Positions 28,277 to 36,820 of a DNA stretch of 64,000 bases are shown in pieces. A program made the position numbers and the translations under genes. The first letter of the stretch is position 1. Every line of letters starts with the position of its first letter. This DNA comes from an uncultured bacterium (GTDB taxonomy: Bacteria; Bacillota_I; Bacilli_A; RF39; UBA660): contig CAUERX010000001.1 in the NCBI GenBank assembly GCA_959020415.1, positions 15,442 to 79,441 of the forward strand, in the 5' to 3' direction. Below the pieces are notes generated by a model. The model made no database searches and was not told where the DNA came from. It was given only the letters and a program-made list of their open reading frames with translations.

Positions 28277-29134
28277 ATGAATGAAAATAAGAGATTGATT
28301 ATGGTGGGAATTGTTATTGTTGCCGTTGTTGTCATTATTTTATTAATTAGTTTTTGGCCAAAGGCAGATAAAAGCTTTGCTTGTGGAGTAAAAGCCGATG
28401 GTGAATATGAAAAATTGGGCAAAGTTAATTATAAACAATATCAATGTCTAGTAAAAGAAGATAGTAAAAATGCTGTAGTTGTATCAGATGATATGACTGA
28501 TAAGAAAAAGGAAGCATTAAATAGTACAGCAAAAAAAATCGGACATGCTATTTACTATTTAGATAACGAAAAGATTAATTCAGATGATATGAAATCAATT
28601 AAAAAAGATTTAAAGTATCAAGATTCTTCATTTAAAAAAGATGTTATTGTTGTAATTGAAAAAGGTAAAGTTGCTACATATAAAGAAGATATTTTAGATA
28701 ATGCTGATGAATTAAAAACATTCTTATCTGATGCTAAATTAGCTAAATTTGCTTGTAATGCCGCACCGGATAAAGAGTATGAAAATTTAGGTGAATTAGA
28801 TTATGATGGATATAATTGTTTATATGAAAGTGGTGAACCATTCGCTGTTATTTTAGCACAAACAACATGTAGTTATTGTGTTTCGTATAAACCAATTATT
28901 GATGAATATGTAGCTAAGAATAATTTACCTATATATATTATTGAAATTGATCAATTATCTGATGATGAAAGAAATGCTTTACTTTCTTCATTAAGTTATT
29001 TTAAGGATAATGAAAGTTGGGGTACTCCTCTTACTTTGGGTATTAAAAATAAAGAGGTTGTTAGTGAAATAAGTGGATATACTGATGACGAAGGAAACCT
29101 TGATAATTTCTTTAAAGGATTAGGTTTAAAATAA
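28277..29134 (+). CDS. Membrane-anchored thioredoxin-fold protein with internal duplication
   Basis: N-terminal TM helix. Two homologous modules (FACGVKADGEYEKLGKVNYKQYQC / FACNAAPDKEYENLGELDYDGYNC); only the second carries CSYC. Confidence 0.55.
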   Translation: MNENKRLIMVGIVIVAVVVIILLISFWPKADKSFACGVKADGEYEKLGKVNYKQYQCLVKEDSKNAVVVSDDMTDKKKEALNSTAKKIGHAIYYLDNEKINSDDMKSIKKDLKYQDSSFKKDVIVVIEKGKVATYKEDILDNADELKTFLSDAKLAKFACNAAPDKEYENLGELDYDGYNCLYESGEPFAVILAQTTCSYCVSYKPIIDEYVAKNNLPIYIIEIDQLSDDERNALLSSLSYFKDNESWGTPLTLGIKNKEVVSEISGYTDDEGNLDNFFKGLGLK

Positions 29135-29206
29135 GTATTGAGTTTTCAATACTTTTTTTGTTATTTATTTCTTTTTATTTAATATGTTTAAATAAGGAGA
29201 GTGGTT

Positions 29207-29461
29207 ATGGAATTTTTAAATTATATTATGGAAAGTAAATTGATTTTAATCCCAGCTTTATATATTGTAGGTTATATTATTAAGAATACGGCTTTAATAA
29301 GTAATAGATTCATTCCAGTTATTTTATTATTCGTTGGTGTTATTTTGTCTGTATTTATGGGTGGGGATACGATTATCAATAATATCGTACAAGGTATTTT
29401 AGTAGCTGGGGCTACAGTCATGGCTAATCAAATGGTTAAACAAAGTACAAGAAAAGAGTGA
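29207..29461 (+). CDS. Holin-like small membrane protein (phage A118 Hol118-like pattern)
   Basis: 84 aa, three TM segments, charged C-terminus (KQSTRKE). AAGGAGAG SD before the ATG at 29207. Confidence 0.55.
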   Translation: MEFLNYIMESKLILIPALYIVGYIIKNTALISNRFIPVILLFVGVILSVFMGGDTIINNIVQGILVAGATVMANQMVKQSTRKE

Positions 29462-29512
29462 TACTCTTTTTCTTTTTATTTGGGGCGTGTTATAATTAGC
29501 ATAGGTGATATT

Positions 29513-31159
29513 ATGAAAAGAATTAGAGATTATGGAATTATTATTGGTAATGGAAAAACTGGCAAGCTAAATAAAATTACAGATGTTCCAGGAGTTCGTG
29601 TTGGGCACTATACTATTTCAAATGAGAATAATAATACGGGCATTACAGTTATTTTGCCATGTCAGGATAATATATATAAGAATAAAGTAGTTGCTGCTTC
29701 TCATGTTATGAATGGATATGGTAAAACTCAAGGTCTTATGCAAATAGACGAGCTTGGTTATATTGAAACACCAATTGCTTTAACTAGTACTTTAAATGTT
29801 GGTAAGGTCCATGAAGGATTAGTTGACTATATGATTAATGAATGTTTAAAATCTGGCATTGAAGTTAATTCGATTAATCCGGTTGTTGGTGAATGTAATG
29901 ATTGGCCCCTCAATAATATTAAAGATAGGGTGTTAGATAATAATGCGGTGGCCGAGGCTATTGCTAGTGCTACTGTAAATTTTGATGAAGGAGATGTCGG
30001 CGCTGGAAAAGGGACAAGTTGTTTAGGATTAAAAGGCGGAATAGGGTCAGCTTCTAGATTAACTTTGATTGATGATAAGTTTTATACTATTGGTGTTTTA
30101 GTTCAAAGTAATTTTGGCGGGTCAAAAGATTTAATAATTGATGGAAAGCCGGTTGGGGATATTGTTAGTTCTAAGGTTATAGATAATGGTAACGGAAAAG
30201 GGTCGATTATGCTGGTTTTAGCAACAGATTTACCTGTGAGTGATAGGCAGCTAAAACGAATTATTAAACGGGTAGAAGTTGGGCTTGCTCGTATTGGTTC
30301 CTATATTGATCATGATAGTGGTGATGTTGTAATTGGATTTACTACAGCAAACAGAATTAATAAAGATATTGAAGGTAATTTTCGTTCGCAAAAAGTAGTA
30401 GTTGAAGAGAAATTAAACTATGTATTTAGGATGGTGGCTGAGGCTGCTGAAGAAGCAATTTTAAATTCTTTGGCACTGTCTAAAACTTTAGTTGGTTATA
30501 ATGGTAAAACTAAATTTAGTCTTACGGATGTATACCTGAAAGATTATATGAAAAACAAAAACTATAAGGCTTATATTTGTGGAGTAAAGTCAATTAATCA
30601 ATTTCCAGATTATCCTGTTGGATGTGAATCAGTGGCATTGCAAATTCTATTAAATTATTATGGGGTTGATGTTAGTGCCGAGGATATAGTTAACGAGTTA
30701 AAAAAAGGTGATAGACCACATTATGAAGGTGAAACTTTATATGGTGGAAATCCTGAATTAGAGTTCGTTGGTGATCCTAGAGATATTCATAGTTATGGGG
30801 TATATGAGAAACCAATAGCTGATGTAGCTAATAAATTTAAGCCAGGAATAAAAAATATTACGGGAACAGATTTAATAGAATTATTCAAGCTTGTTGATGA
30901 AGGCTATCCAATTCAGGTTTGGTCATCAATTAAGCTTTTAAACCCATTTATTTCGCAAAAGTGGATTTATAAGACTACAGGAGAAACAATTGACTGGAAA
31001 GCTCAGCTACATTCGGTTGTATTGGTGGGGTATTCAGATGATGTGGTTGTGGTTTCCGATCCTGATGTTGGAGCTATTCGAGAATTTGATAGAGGTAAAT
31101 TTGAAGAAGTATATAATTACTTTGGAAAAAGAGCTTTGTATTATAATGAGAAAAAGTAA
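29513..31159 (+). CDS. Fusion of a P1/S58 (DmpA-type) aminopeptidase and a C39-like cysteine peptidase; no signal peptide
   Basis: N-terminal part matches the DmpA/S58 pattern (ITDVPGVRVGH, GTSC). C-terminal ~200 aa has the GCESVALQILLNYYG ... HSVVLVGY Cys/His pattern of Peptidase_C39_2/YvpB-like proteins. Confidence 0.65.
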   Translation: MKRIRDYGIIIGNGKTGKLNKITDVPGVRVGHYTISNENNNTGITVILPCQDNIYKNKVVAASHVMNGYGKTQGLMQIDELGYIETPIALTSTLNVGKVHEGLVDYMINECLKSGIEVNSINPVVGECNDWPLNNIKDRVLDNNAVAEAIASATVNFDEGDVGAGKGTSCLGLKGGIGSASRLTLIDDKFYTIGVLVQSNFGGSKDLIIDGKPVGDIVSSKVIDNGNGKGSIMLVLATDLPVSDRQLKRIIKRVEVGLARIGSYIDHDSGDVVIGFTTANRINKDIEGNFRSQKVVVEEKLNYVFRMVAEAAEEAILNSLALSKTLVGYNGKTKFSLTDVYLKDYMKNKNYKAYICGVKSINQFPDYPVGCESVALQILLNYYGVDVSAEDIVNELKKGDRPHYEGETLYGGNPELEFVGDPRDIHSYGVYEKPIADVANKFKPGIKNITGTDLIELFKLVDEGYPIQVWSSIKLLNPFISQKWIYKTTGETIDWKAQLHSVVLVGYSDDVVVVSDPDVGAIREFDRGKFEEVYNYFGKRALYYNEKK

Positions 31160-31160
31160 A

Positions 31161-31192
31161 AAGAACATCTATTTAGATGCTCTTTTGTTTTA
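31161..31192 (+). terminator. Terminator of the peptidase gene
   Basis: GAACATC-loop-GATGCTC followed by TTTTGTTTT. Confidence 0.5.
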
Positions 31193-31198
31193 ATAATG

Positions 31199-31225
31199 AA
31201 AAACGAGCTTTTTTTAGAAAGCTCG
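31199..31225 (-). terminator. Probable ancestral terminator of tRNA-Ala, now 16 kb from the tRNA
   Basis: On the minus strand, CGAGCTTT-loop-AAAGCTCG followed by T5. Lies 13 nt beyond the outermost tRNA-3'-end repeat at 31239. Confidence 0.5.
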
Positions 31226-31238
31226 AATATCATCATTA

Positions 31239-31254
31239 TGGTGGAGAATAAGGG
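31239..31254. repeat. att repeat copy 1 (distal end of the array)
   Basis: TGGTGGAGAATAAGGG, identical to the reverse complement of the tRNA-Ala 3' end. Confidence 0.85.
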
Positions 31255-31386
31255 TTTATTTATTGACTTTAAATAATTTTAAAAATATAGTTTTCTTTTT
31301 AATTTCAATCTTTTTAGTTTATTTAAGTTTAAAAAGATTGAATGTGAATTTTTAAAAATTAAGGAAAATAAATTATAAAAGTGATA

Positions 31387-31743
31387 TTATGCTAGAGCTG
31401 GTTTATTATGTATAGTACCAATTTTTTTTACAAAACTAGTTTCTTGCTCTTTTTCTTTTTCACCAAATTGTTCGTTTAAAGTTAAAACACTACTTTTATA
31501 TCTATTATATGCGAAATCATAGTCGCCATTTTCAATAGCCTTAACACAAACATCTACAATATGGTTATATATACACTCGTATATTTCCTCGTTATCATCT
31601 AATGCATCAATATTTTCAACTATTATAGGCGCAACTTCATAATATAAAGCAATATCTTCTTTAGAAACAAAATTATCTCTAAACCATCTTAAAACAGTTA
31701 ATTCATAGCAATTGTTATCAAATCCATTTTGAAAATGTTTCAT
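31387..31743 (-). CDS. Hypothetical protein; probably the 3' part of a longer frameshifted gene
   Basis: The frame stays open upstream of the ATG (..SGSCYLTSACMKHF..CYELTVLRWFRDNF). It joins another frame at an A8 run near 31912-31919. No convincing start for the long version. Confidence 0.35.
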   Translation of the reverse strand: MKHFQNGFDNNCYELTVLRWFRDNFVSKEDIALYYEVAPIIVENIDALDDNEEIYECIYNHIVDVCVKAIENGDYDFAYNRYKSSVLTLNEQFGEKEKEQETSFVKKIGTIHNKPALA

Positions 31744-31983
31744 ACAAGCAGATGTTAAATAGCAACTTCCTGAATGGCTATCTTTTTGAGATTTATCGCT
31801 ATTATGAGTTGTCGCACTGTAACTTTTGTTACTACTGTCTACATTAATATGAGCAGCAGAATGATCTGGTGTGCTTGGATCTTTATCATAAAAGGAAATA
31901 TGATCTCTTCTTTTTTTTATCAGTACTTATTTTAATTGTAACGCCTTTATCGTTTACATATTCGCCTCTTTCATTTCTTCCTA

Positions 31984-32304
31984 TTATTTTTCCTCCTTTA
32001 TTAACAGTAATTTTTTATGTAAATTAAATAAATAGTCACTCCATATTTCAATTTGTTCTGCATAAATTCCATCTTCTATAGCATATTTTTCAAGTAAAGG
32101 TAATGATCTAAGATGGACATCATTTAATATATTTGAAGATAGTATATTAAAATCTTTATATTCATCATACTTTATTTTTTGTTTAGCAATTAAATCTAGC
32201 ATTTCTATATATTCTGACTTGTCATCATTATATGGTTGATAATAAATTGCTATAGATAAATTATACAATAATTTTTCAAAAGCTTGTTCTAATTCTTTTG
32301 ACAT
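31984..32304 (-). CDS. Hypothetical helical protein (106 aa)
   Basis: AGGAGAA SD before the ATG. No recognisable motif. Confidence 0.45.
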   Translation of the reverse strand: MSKELEQAFEKLLYNLSIAIYYQPYNDDKSEYIEMLDLIAKQKIKYDEYKDFNILSSNILNDVHLRSLPLLEKYAIEDGIYAEQIEIWSDYLFNLHKKLLLIKEEK

Positions 32305-32559
32305 ATTAATTCTCCTTTCTCACTTATAAATTAAAAGGCGACAAAAATATATAATTTGCCACCAAAAATGAAATAAAAATGTAAGTAAATAAATTGTTTT
32401 AGTAGCAAACTTTCTGCTTCCCAATAATTTATAAACTATATTAACACTCTTTGTTATAAATTTCAATGCTTTTATATAATACAATAAAAAAATAAGGGGA
32501 GAATATAGTGGTATTTAGAATATTTATATTAGTTGTGATTATTTTATGCTTTTTTATTT

Positions 32560-32991
32560 ATAAATAAAACCCTAACAAGAAAGAAGGTTGATGGAAGAAA
32601 TATGATTAATAGTCCGAAAACTGCAAAGTCATATCGCAAGGTTAAATTAGATAAGCGTCTATTATCAAAATTACATGAATATAAAGAAACGTGCTATAAG
32701 TTTGTTGAATTTAATGATAGTTGGTACATATTTGGGTGTTTGAGCCCACTTGCGACAACGACAGTAGCAAGAAAAAAAGATTACTATTGTAATCTAGCTG
32801 GTGTTAAGCAAATAAAAATACACGACTTTAGACATAGCCATGTATCTTTATTACTATCAAAGGGTGTTCCTATTACAGTCATCGCCAAACGACTAGGACA
32901 CTTTGATATTGAAATGACACTTAATACATATTCACATATGTTACCCGGTGACGAGGACAAAGCAATTGATGTCCTTGAAACCTTAATTTAA
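32560..32991 (+). pseudogene. 5'-truncated tyrosine integrase remnant (element A)
   Basis: Homology to the element C and D integrases starts abruptly at INKTLTRKK. Retains HDFRHSHVSLL and LNTYSH but lacks the N-terminal ~240 aa. Confidence 0.8.
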
Positions 32992-33087
32992 AAATAAATT
33001 ACCTTATAATCACACGAGGGATTTTTAAAGGCTAATTAAGTGCATTTATAATTAAAGCCTTGTAAAACAAGGCTTAATTAACTAATT

Positions 33088-33103
33088 TGGTGGAGAATAA
33101 GGG
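33088..33103. repeat. att repeat copy 2 (A/B junction)
   Basis: TGGTGGAGAATAAGGG, preceded by the hairpin AAGCCTTGtaaaaCAAGGCTT and TAATTAAC. Confidence 0.85.
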
Positions 33104-33240
33104 GTATTTATTGACTTTAAATAATTTTAAAAATATAGTTTTCTTTTTAATTTCAATCTTTTTAGTTTATTTAAGTTTAAAAAAGTTTAATGTGAATTTT
33201 TAAAAATTAAGGAAAAAGTGATATAAAAATGATACATCAA

Positions 33241-33981
33241 TTATTTTATATTATATACTCTTTTAGAATTTAAAAATATTTGATGAGATACAGCATCAAT
33301 ATCTTTGTTTTTAATTTTAGCAATTTTTTCAATTATATATTTTAATGACGAGGAATCACATCTACTGTTTTCATCTAAAGGATATGGAGACATTAATGGG
33401 GCATCAGTTTCTACTATAATTTTATCAAGTGGTAAAAAACTTATTATTTCATTATATTTATTATCTCTTGTAATAGGCCCGTCAAAGCCAAAATAAAATC
33501 CTAATTTCAAAAATTTTTTTGCATATTCTAAATTGCCAGAGTAACAATGCATAATACCTTTCTTATTAACTGGATTGTTTATTAATATATTATATAATTG
33601 TTTATGAGCTCTCCGGCAATGAATGACAATGGGTAAATTAAGTTCATTAGCAAGTTTAATATGTTTTATAAAATATTCTTTTTGAAGTTCAATATTTGGA
33701 AATTTATAATCAATGCCAGTTTCCCCTATAGCTACAACCTTATCATTCATAATTTTTTTAGTATTATTTAAATCTTCTTTAGCACCAACATTCATAGGAT
33801 GTAATCCAAGACAGGCAAAAATATTTTTGTATTCGTTTGTATATTGAATCGTTTTCATATTTGATTTATTATTCGTACCTATATTTACAATAATAGTGTT
33901 TTCTAGTTTTTTCAATAGGGATTTTCTATCTTTGTCGAATTCTGCCCAATCATAATGTGTGTGTGTATCAAAATATTTCAT
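33241..33981 (-). CDS. TatD-family metal-dependent hydrolase/DNase
   Basis: YFDTHTH, GETGIDY, VIHCR, ETDAP motifs. ATG at 33981 with a GGTGA SD. Confidence 0.85.
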   Translation of the reverse strand: MKYFDTHTHYDWAEFDKDRKSLLKKLENTIIVNIGTNNKSNMKTIQYTNEYKNIFACLGLHPMNVGAKEDLNNTKKIMNDKVVAIGETGIDYKFPNIELQKEYFIKHIKLANELNLPIVIHCRRAHKQLYNILINNPVNKKGIMHCYSGNLEYAKKFLKLGFYFGFDGPITRDNKYNEIISFLPLDKIIVETDAPLMSPYPLDENSRCDSSSLKYIIEKIAKIKNKDIDAVSHQIFLNSKRVYNIK

Positions 33982-34074
33982 TATAATCACCATTATTAAT
34001 ATATCACATTTTTTTATAGAAATCATTAAAAATACAATAAATATGTTATAATTCTTATACGAGGAAGTGATTTT

Positions 34075-34512
34075 ATGAAAGTATTAACAATTCAAGAGCC
34101 ATATGCAACATTTATAATGCAAGGAATGAAAAAAATAGAAACTCGTAGTTGGAAAACAAAATATAGAGGAGAAATATATATACATGCAGGGAAATCTAAA
34201 AATTTCTTAAAAAAAATAAAAAATAATAAAGTCTTAAAATTGTTAGAAGGTATAGTTTTAAATTATGGAAACATTATTTGTAGGGCAGAATTGGTTGACT
34301 GTATATATATGACAAAAGAATTTATAGACAAAGTTAAGAATGAAAATAATTATGAATATATTCTTGGGGAATATGAGGTTGGTAGATATGCATGGGTTTT
34401 AGAAAATGTACAAGAGTTAGAAAAAAAAGTTTTTGCAAAAGGCAAACTTAATATATGGACATACTCTGAATATTCTGATAACGTGGAGCAATTATCGCTA
34501 TTTGATGAATGA
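34075..34512 (+). CDS. ASCH (PUA-like) domain protein
   Basis: LTIQEPYATFIMQGMKKIETRSW...IYIHAGK, typical of ASCH domains. Confidence 0.75.
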   Translation: MKVLTIQEPYATFIMQGMKKIETRSWKTKYRGEIYIHAGKSKNFLKKIKNNKVLKLLEGIVLNYGNIICRAELVDCIYMTKEFIDKVKNENNYEYILGEYEVGRYAWVLENVQELEKKVFAKGKLNIWTYSEYSDNVEQLSLFDE

Positions 34513-34593
34513 ATAATATAATTAATTGTTAAATTTTTCTTGTAAAAATAATTATTATATGTTAATATAATACCAATTTTGGAGACGATATTA

Positions 34594-35187
34594 ATGGAAC
34601 TAAAACATTTAAAAGATAAAGGAGATATCCAAGAAGGAATTAATGCTTTAACTGCCATTTTTATTGATGAATATCCATATTATAGTGAATGGATTAAAAA
34701 GAAAGAGGAAGAATTTAATATATTTGAAAAAGAGATATTGGCATTAATTGATAAAAATATTATTGTAGGATATGCAATGATACATAATTGTACACCGAAT
34801 TATTTTAAAATAAATGGAATTTATGTATTTCCAGAATTTGAAGGTAATGGATATGCAAGTAATGCAATTATGCAAATGATCGAAGAACAGGCTCTATTTG
34901 GTAAGCAATATGCACTAATTCAAACAAGACTTCACAATAATGCGGTTGTACATATGTTTGATAAAATTGGTTTCGATATTTTGGGCCATAATTTTCATCA
35001 AATAGAGCAAAAGGATAATTGGGTTGCAATGTTCGACATTAATCAAAAATGTGATTATGATGATATGATAGGAATTGCATATAAAGAATATCCTGGTTTT
35101 GAACCTAGGAGTATAGAAGAAATTCAAAATACAAGAGAAAAATATTCTAATTATGATAGAATAAAAAGATTAAAAAAAATACATTAA
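34594..35187 (+). CDS. GNAT-family N-acetyltransferase
   Basis: IYVFPEFEGNGYASNAIMQMIE (acetyl-CoA binding motif A). GGAGA SD 8 nt before the ATG at 34594. Confidence 0.7.
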   Translation: MELKHLKDKGDIQEGINALTAIFIDEYPYYSEWIKKKEEEFNIFEKEILALIDKNIIVGYAMIHNCTPNYFKINGIYVFPEFEGNGYASNAIMQMIEEQALFGKQYALIQTRLHNNAVVHMFDKIGFDILGHNFHQIEQKDNWVAMFDINQKCDYDDMIGIAYKEYPGFEPRSIEEIQNTREKYSNYDRIKRLKKIH

Positions 35188-35263
35188 TATATGTATTTTT
35201 TTATGATATAAATATGATCTGTAAAATAAAAAAACTTATAAAATAAGGACTTAATTGCAAATT

Positions 35264-35278
35264 TGGTGGAGAATAAGG
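35264..35278. repeat. att repeat copy 3 (B/C junction)
   Basis: TGGTGGAGAATAAGG. Confidence 0.8.
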
Positions 35279-35413
35279 AAGAAAATAAAGAATATTAATA
35301 AATTTATTTTTTCTTATAAAATAAGCCGAAAATCTCGTTAGCATTTAGTTAAGAAACTTAAATTATTCTCTTGTTGTGAAATTTATAAGGTCACAATAAG
35401 GAGGAAATTTAGA

Positions 35414-36079
35414 ATGTCAGTATTTAGAATTAATAAAACCGATAATTATACTGTTATGTCTAATTATCATTTAAGAGATAAGAAATTATCTTATAAAGCC
35501 AAAGGATTATTATCATTTATGTTAAGTCTTCCCGATGATTGGGATTATTCAATTAATGGTTTAGTTAGCATTAGTAAAGAAAGTAATAAGGCAATTAGAA
35601 ATGTTTTAAAGGAATTACAAGATAATAATTATTTATCTATTAATAAAATTAAAAATGAGAAGGGTTTATTTAAATATGAGTATCTAATTTATGAAAAACC
35701 AGATACCCCTTTTGTAGATGTGGATAATCTACATGTGGAAAGGGACATACAAATAAATACTAATAAACTAAATACTAATTACAAAGATAAATATGATAAA
35801 CAAGACAGTTTATTTATAAAGGAACTTATTAATCGGAGATTTATAAATAAAGAAGATTTAGAAATACCTAGATATAAGGCTTTATTTGATGAATTATTGC
35901 AGGAGTATAGTTATTATGATTTAATTAAAGTTTGTGGCTATATAGCTGATAAATGGCAAAATAATAGCGGATTAGATGAAAACGGTTTATCTATTTCCAA
36001 TAAATATAGTTATTTTAAGACTGCGTTGATTAATAATTTAGAAAAGATAAACAATGATATTGACCTTGGGTATGATTAA
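35414..36079 (+). CDS. Winged-helix replication-initiator-like protein (DnaD/replisome-organizer N-terminal type)
   Basis: FRINK..NYTVMSN..LRDK.LS.KAKGLLSFMLSLPDDWDYS. Paralog of 40049-40729. AAGGAGG SD. Confidence 0.6.
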   Translation: MSVFRINKTDNYTVMSNYHLRDKKLSYKAKGLLSFMLSLPDDWDYSINGLVSISKESNKAIRNVLKELQDNNYLSINKIKNEKGLFKYEYLIYEKPDTPFVDVDNLHVERDIQINTNKLNTNYKDKYDKQDSLFIKELINRRFINKEDLEIPRYKALFDELLQEYSYYDLIKVCGYIADKWQNNSGLDENGLSISNKYSYFKTALINNLEKINNDIDLGYD

Positions 36080-36088
36080 TTATATTAA

Positions 36089-36127
36089 AAGGATAGCTGA
36101 TTAATTGGCTATCCTTATTTTTTTTTT
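36089..36127 (+). terminator. Intrinsic terminator
   Basis: AAGGATAGC-loop-GCTATCCTT followed by T10. Confidence 0.7.
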
Positions 36128-36358
36128 ATTTAATCATTAAAATTTGTTATTACAAATGCAGGACATATGTGTTTGGTGTCTGACGTTTTTATTTTCGGCT
36201 TTCTTTTTATTTTAGCGGGCTTTTCGACACTGTCGAAATATTTGTCGGACCGCTCTTATCCTGTTACAGAATGTTTTAAGAAAATAAAAATATAGTATTT
36301 ATGGTTTATTTGCAAATCCAAAATTATGTGATATAATGAAATCAATAGGGGTGATATT

Positions 36359-36820
36359 ATGAAAAATAATGAAGTGACTGTATATACAATCGCAGATTTT
36401 TTCTTAAGTAAGTCAAGTTTAACTCCAAAGAAGATACAAAAATTGGTTTATTATGCATATGCATGGTTTATTGCGTTGAACAATGATAGCAGCGAAGATA
36501 TTAATAATGTATTGTTTGCAGAAAGGCCAGAGGCATGGATACACGGTCCAGTTTTCCCTTCATTATATTCTAAGTTTAAATCTTTTAATTGGAATGAAGT
36601 TCCTCAAATAAAAGAAAAAATAACTTTTGAGAGTAAAGATTTAAATGGTTTTTTAGATGATGTTTGGGAAATTTTTGGAAAATATACAGCTGATGAATTA
36701 GAATATATGACACATCAAGACTTGCCATGGAAGAATGCTAGGATAAATTGCGATGCAAACGAGCCTTGTAATAATAAAATATCATTTAAGGATATATTTA
36801 TATATTATAATGGGATATAA
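36359..36820 (+). CDS. Panacea/DUF4065 (SocA-like) antitoxin-type domain protein
   Basis: LTPKKIQKLVYYAYAW...EAWIHGPVFPSLYSKFK matches the DUF4065 core pattern (KLQKLLYY..W...EAW..GPV...Y). Confidence 0.75.
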   Translation: MKNNEVTVYTIADFFLSKSSLTPKKIQKLVYYAYAWFIALNNDSSEDINNVLFAERPEAWIHGPVFPSLYSKFKSFNWNEVPQIKEKITFESKDLNGFLDDVWEIFGKYTADELEYMTHQDLPWKNARINCDANEPCNNKISFKDIFIYYNGI

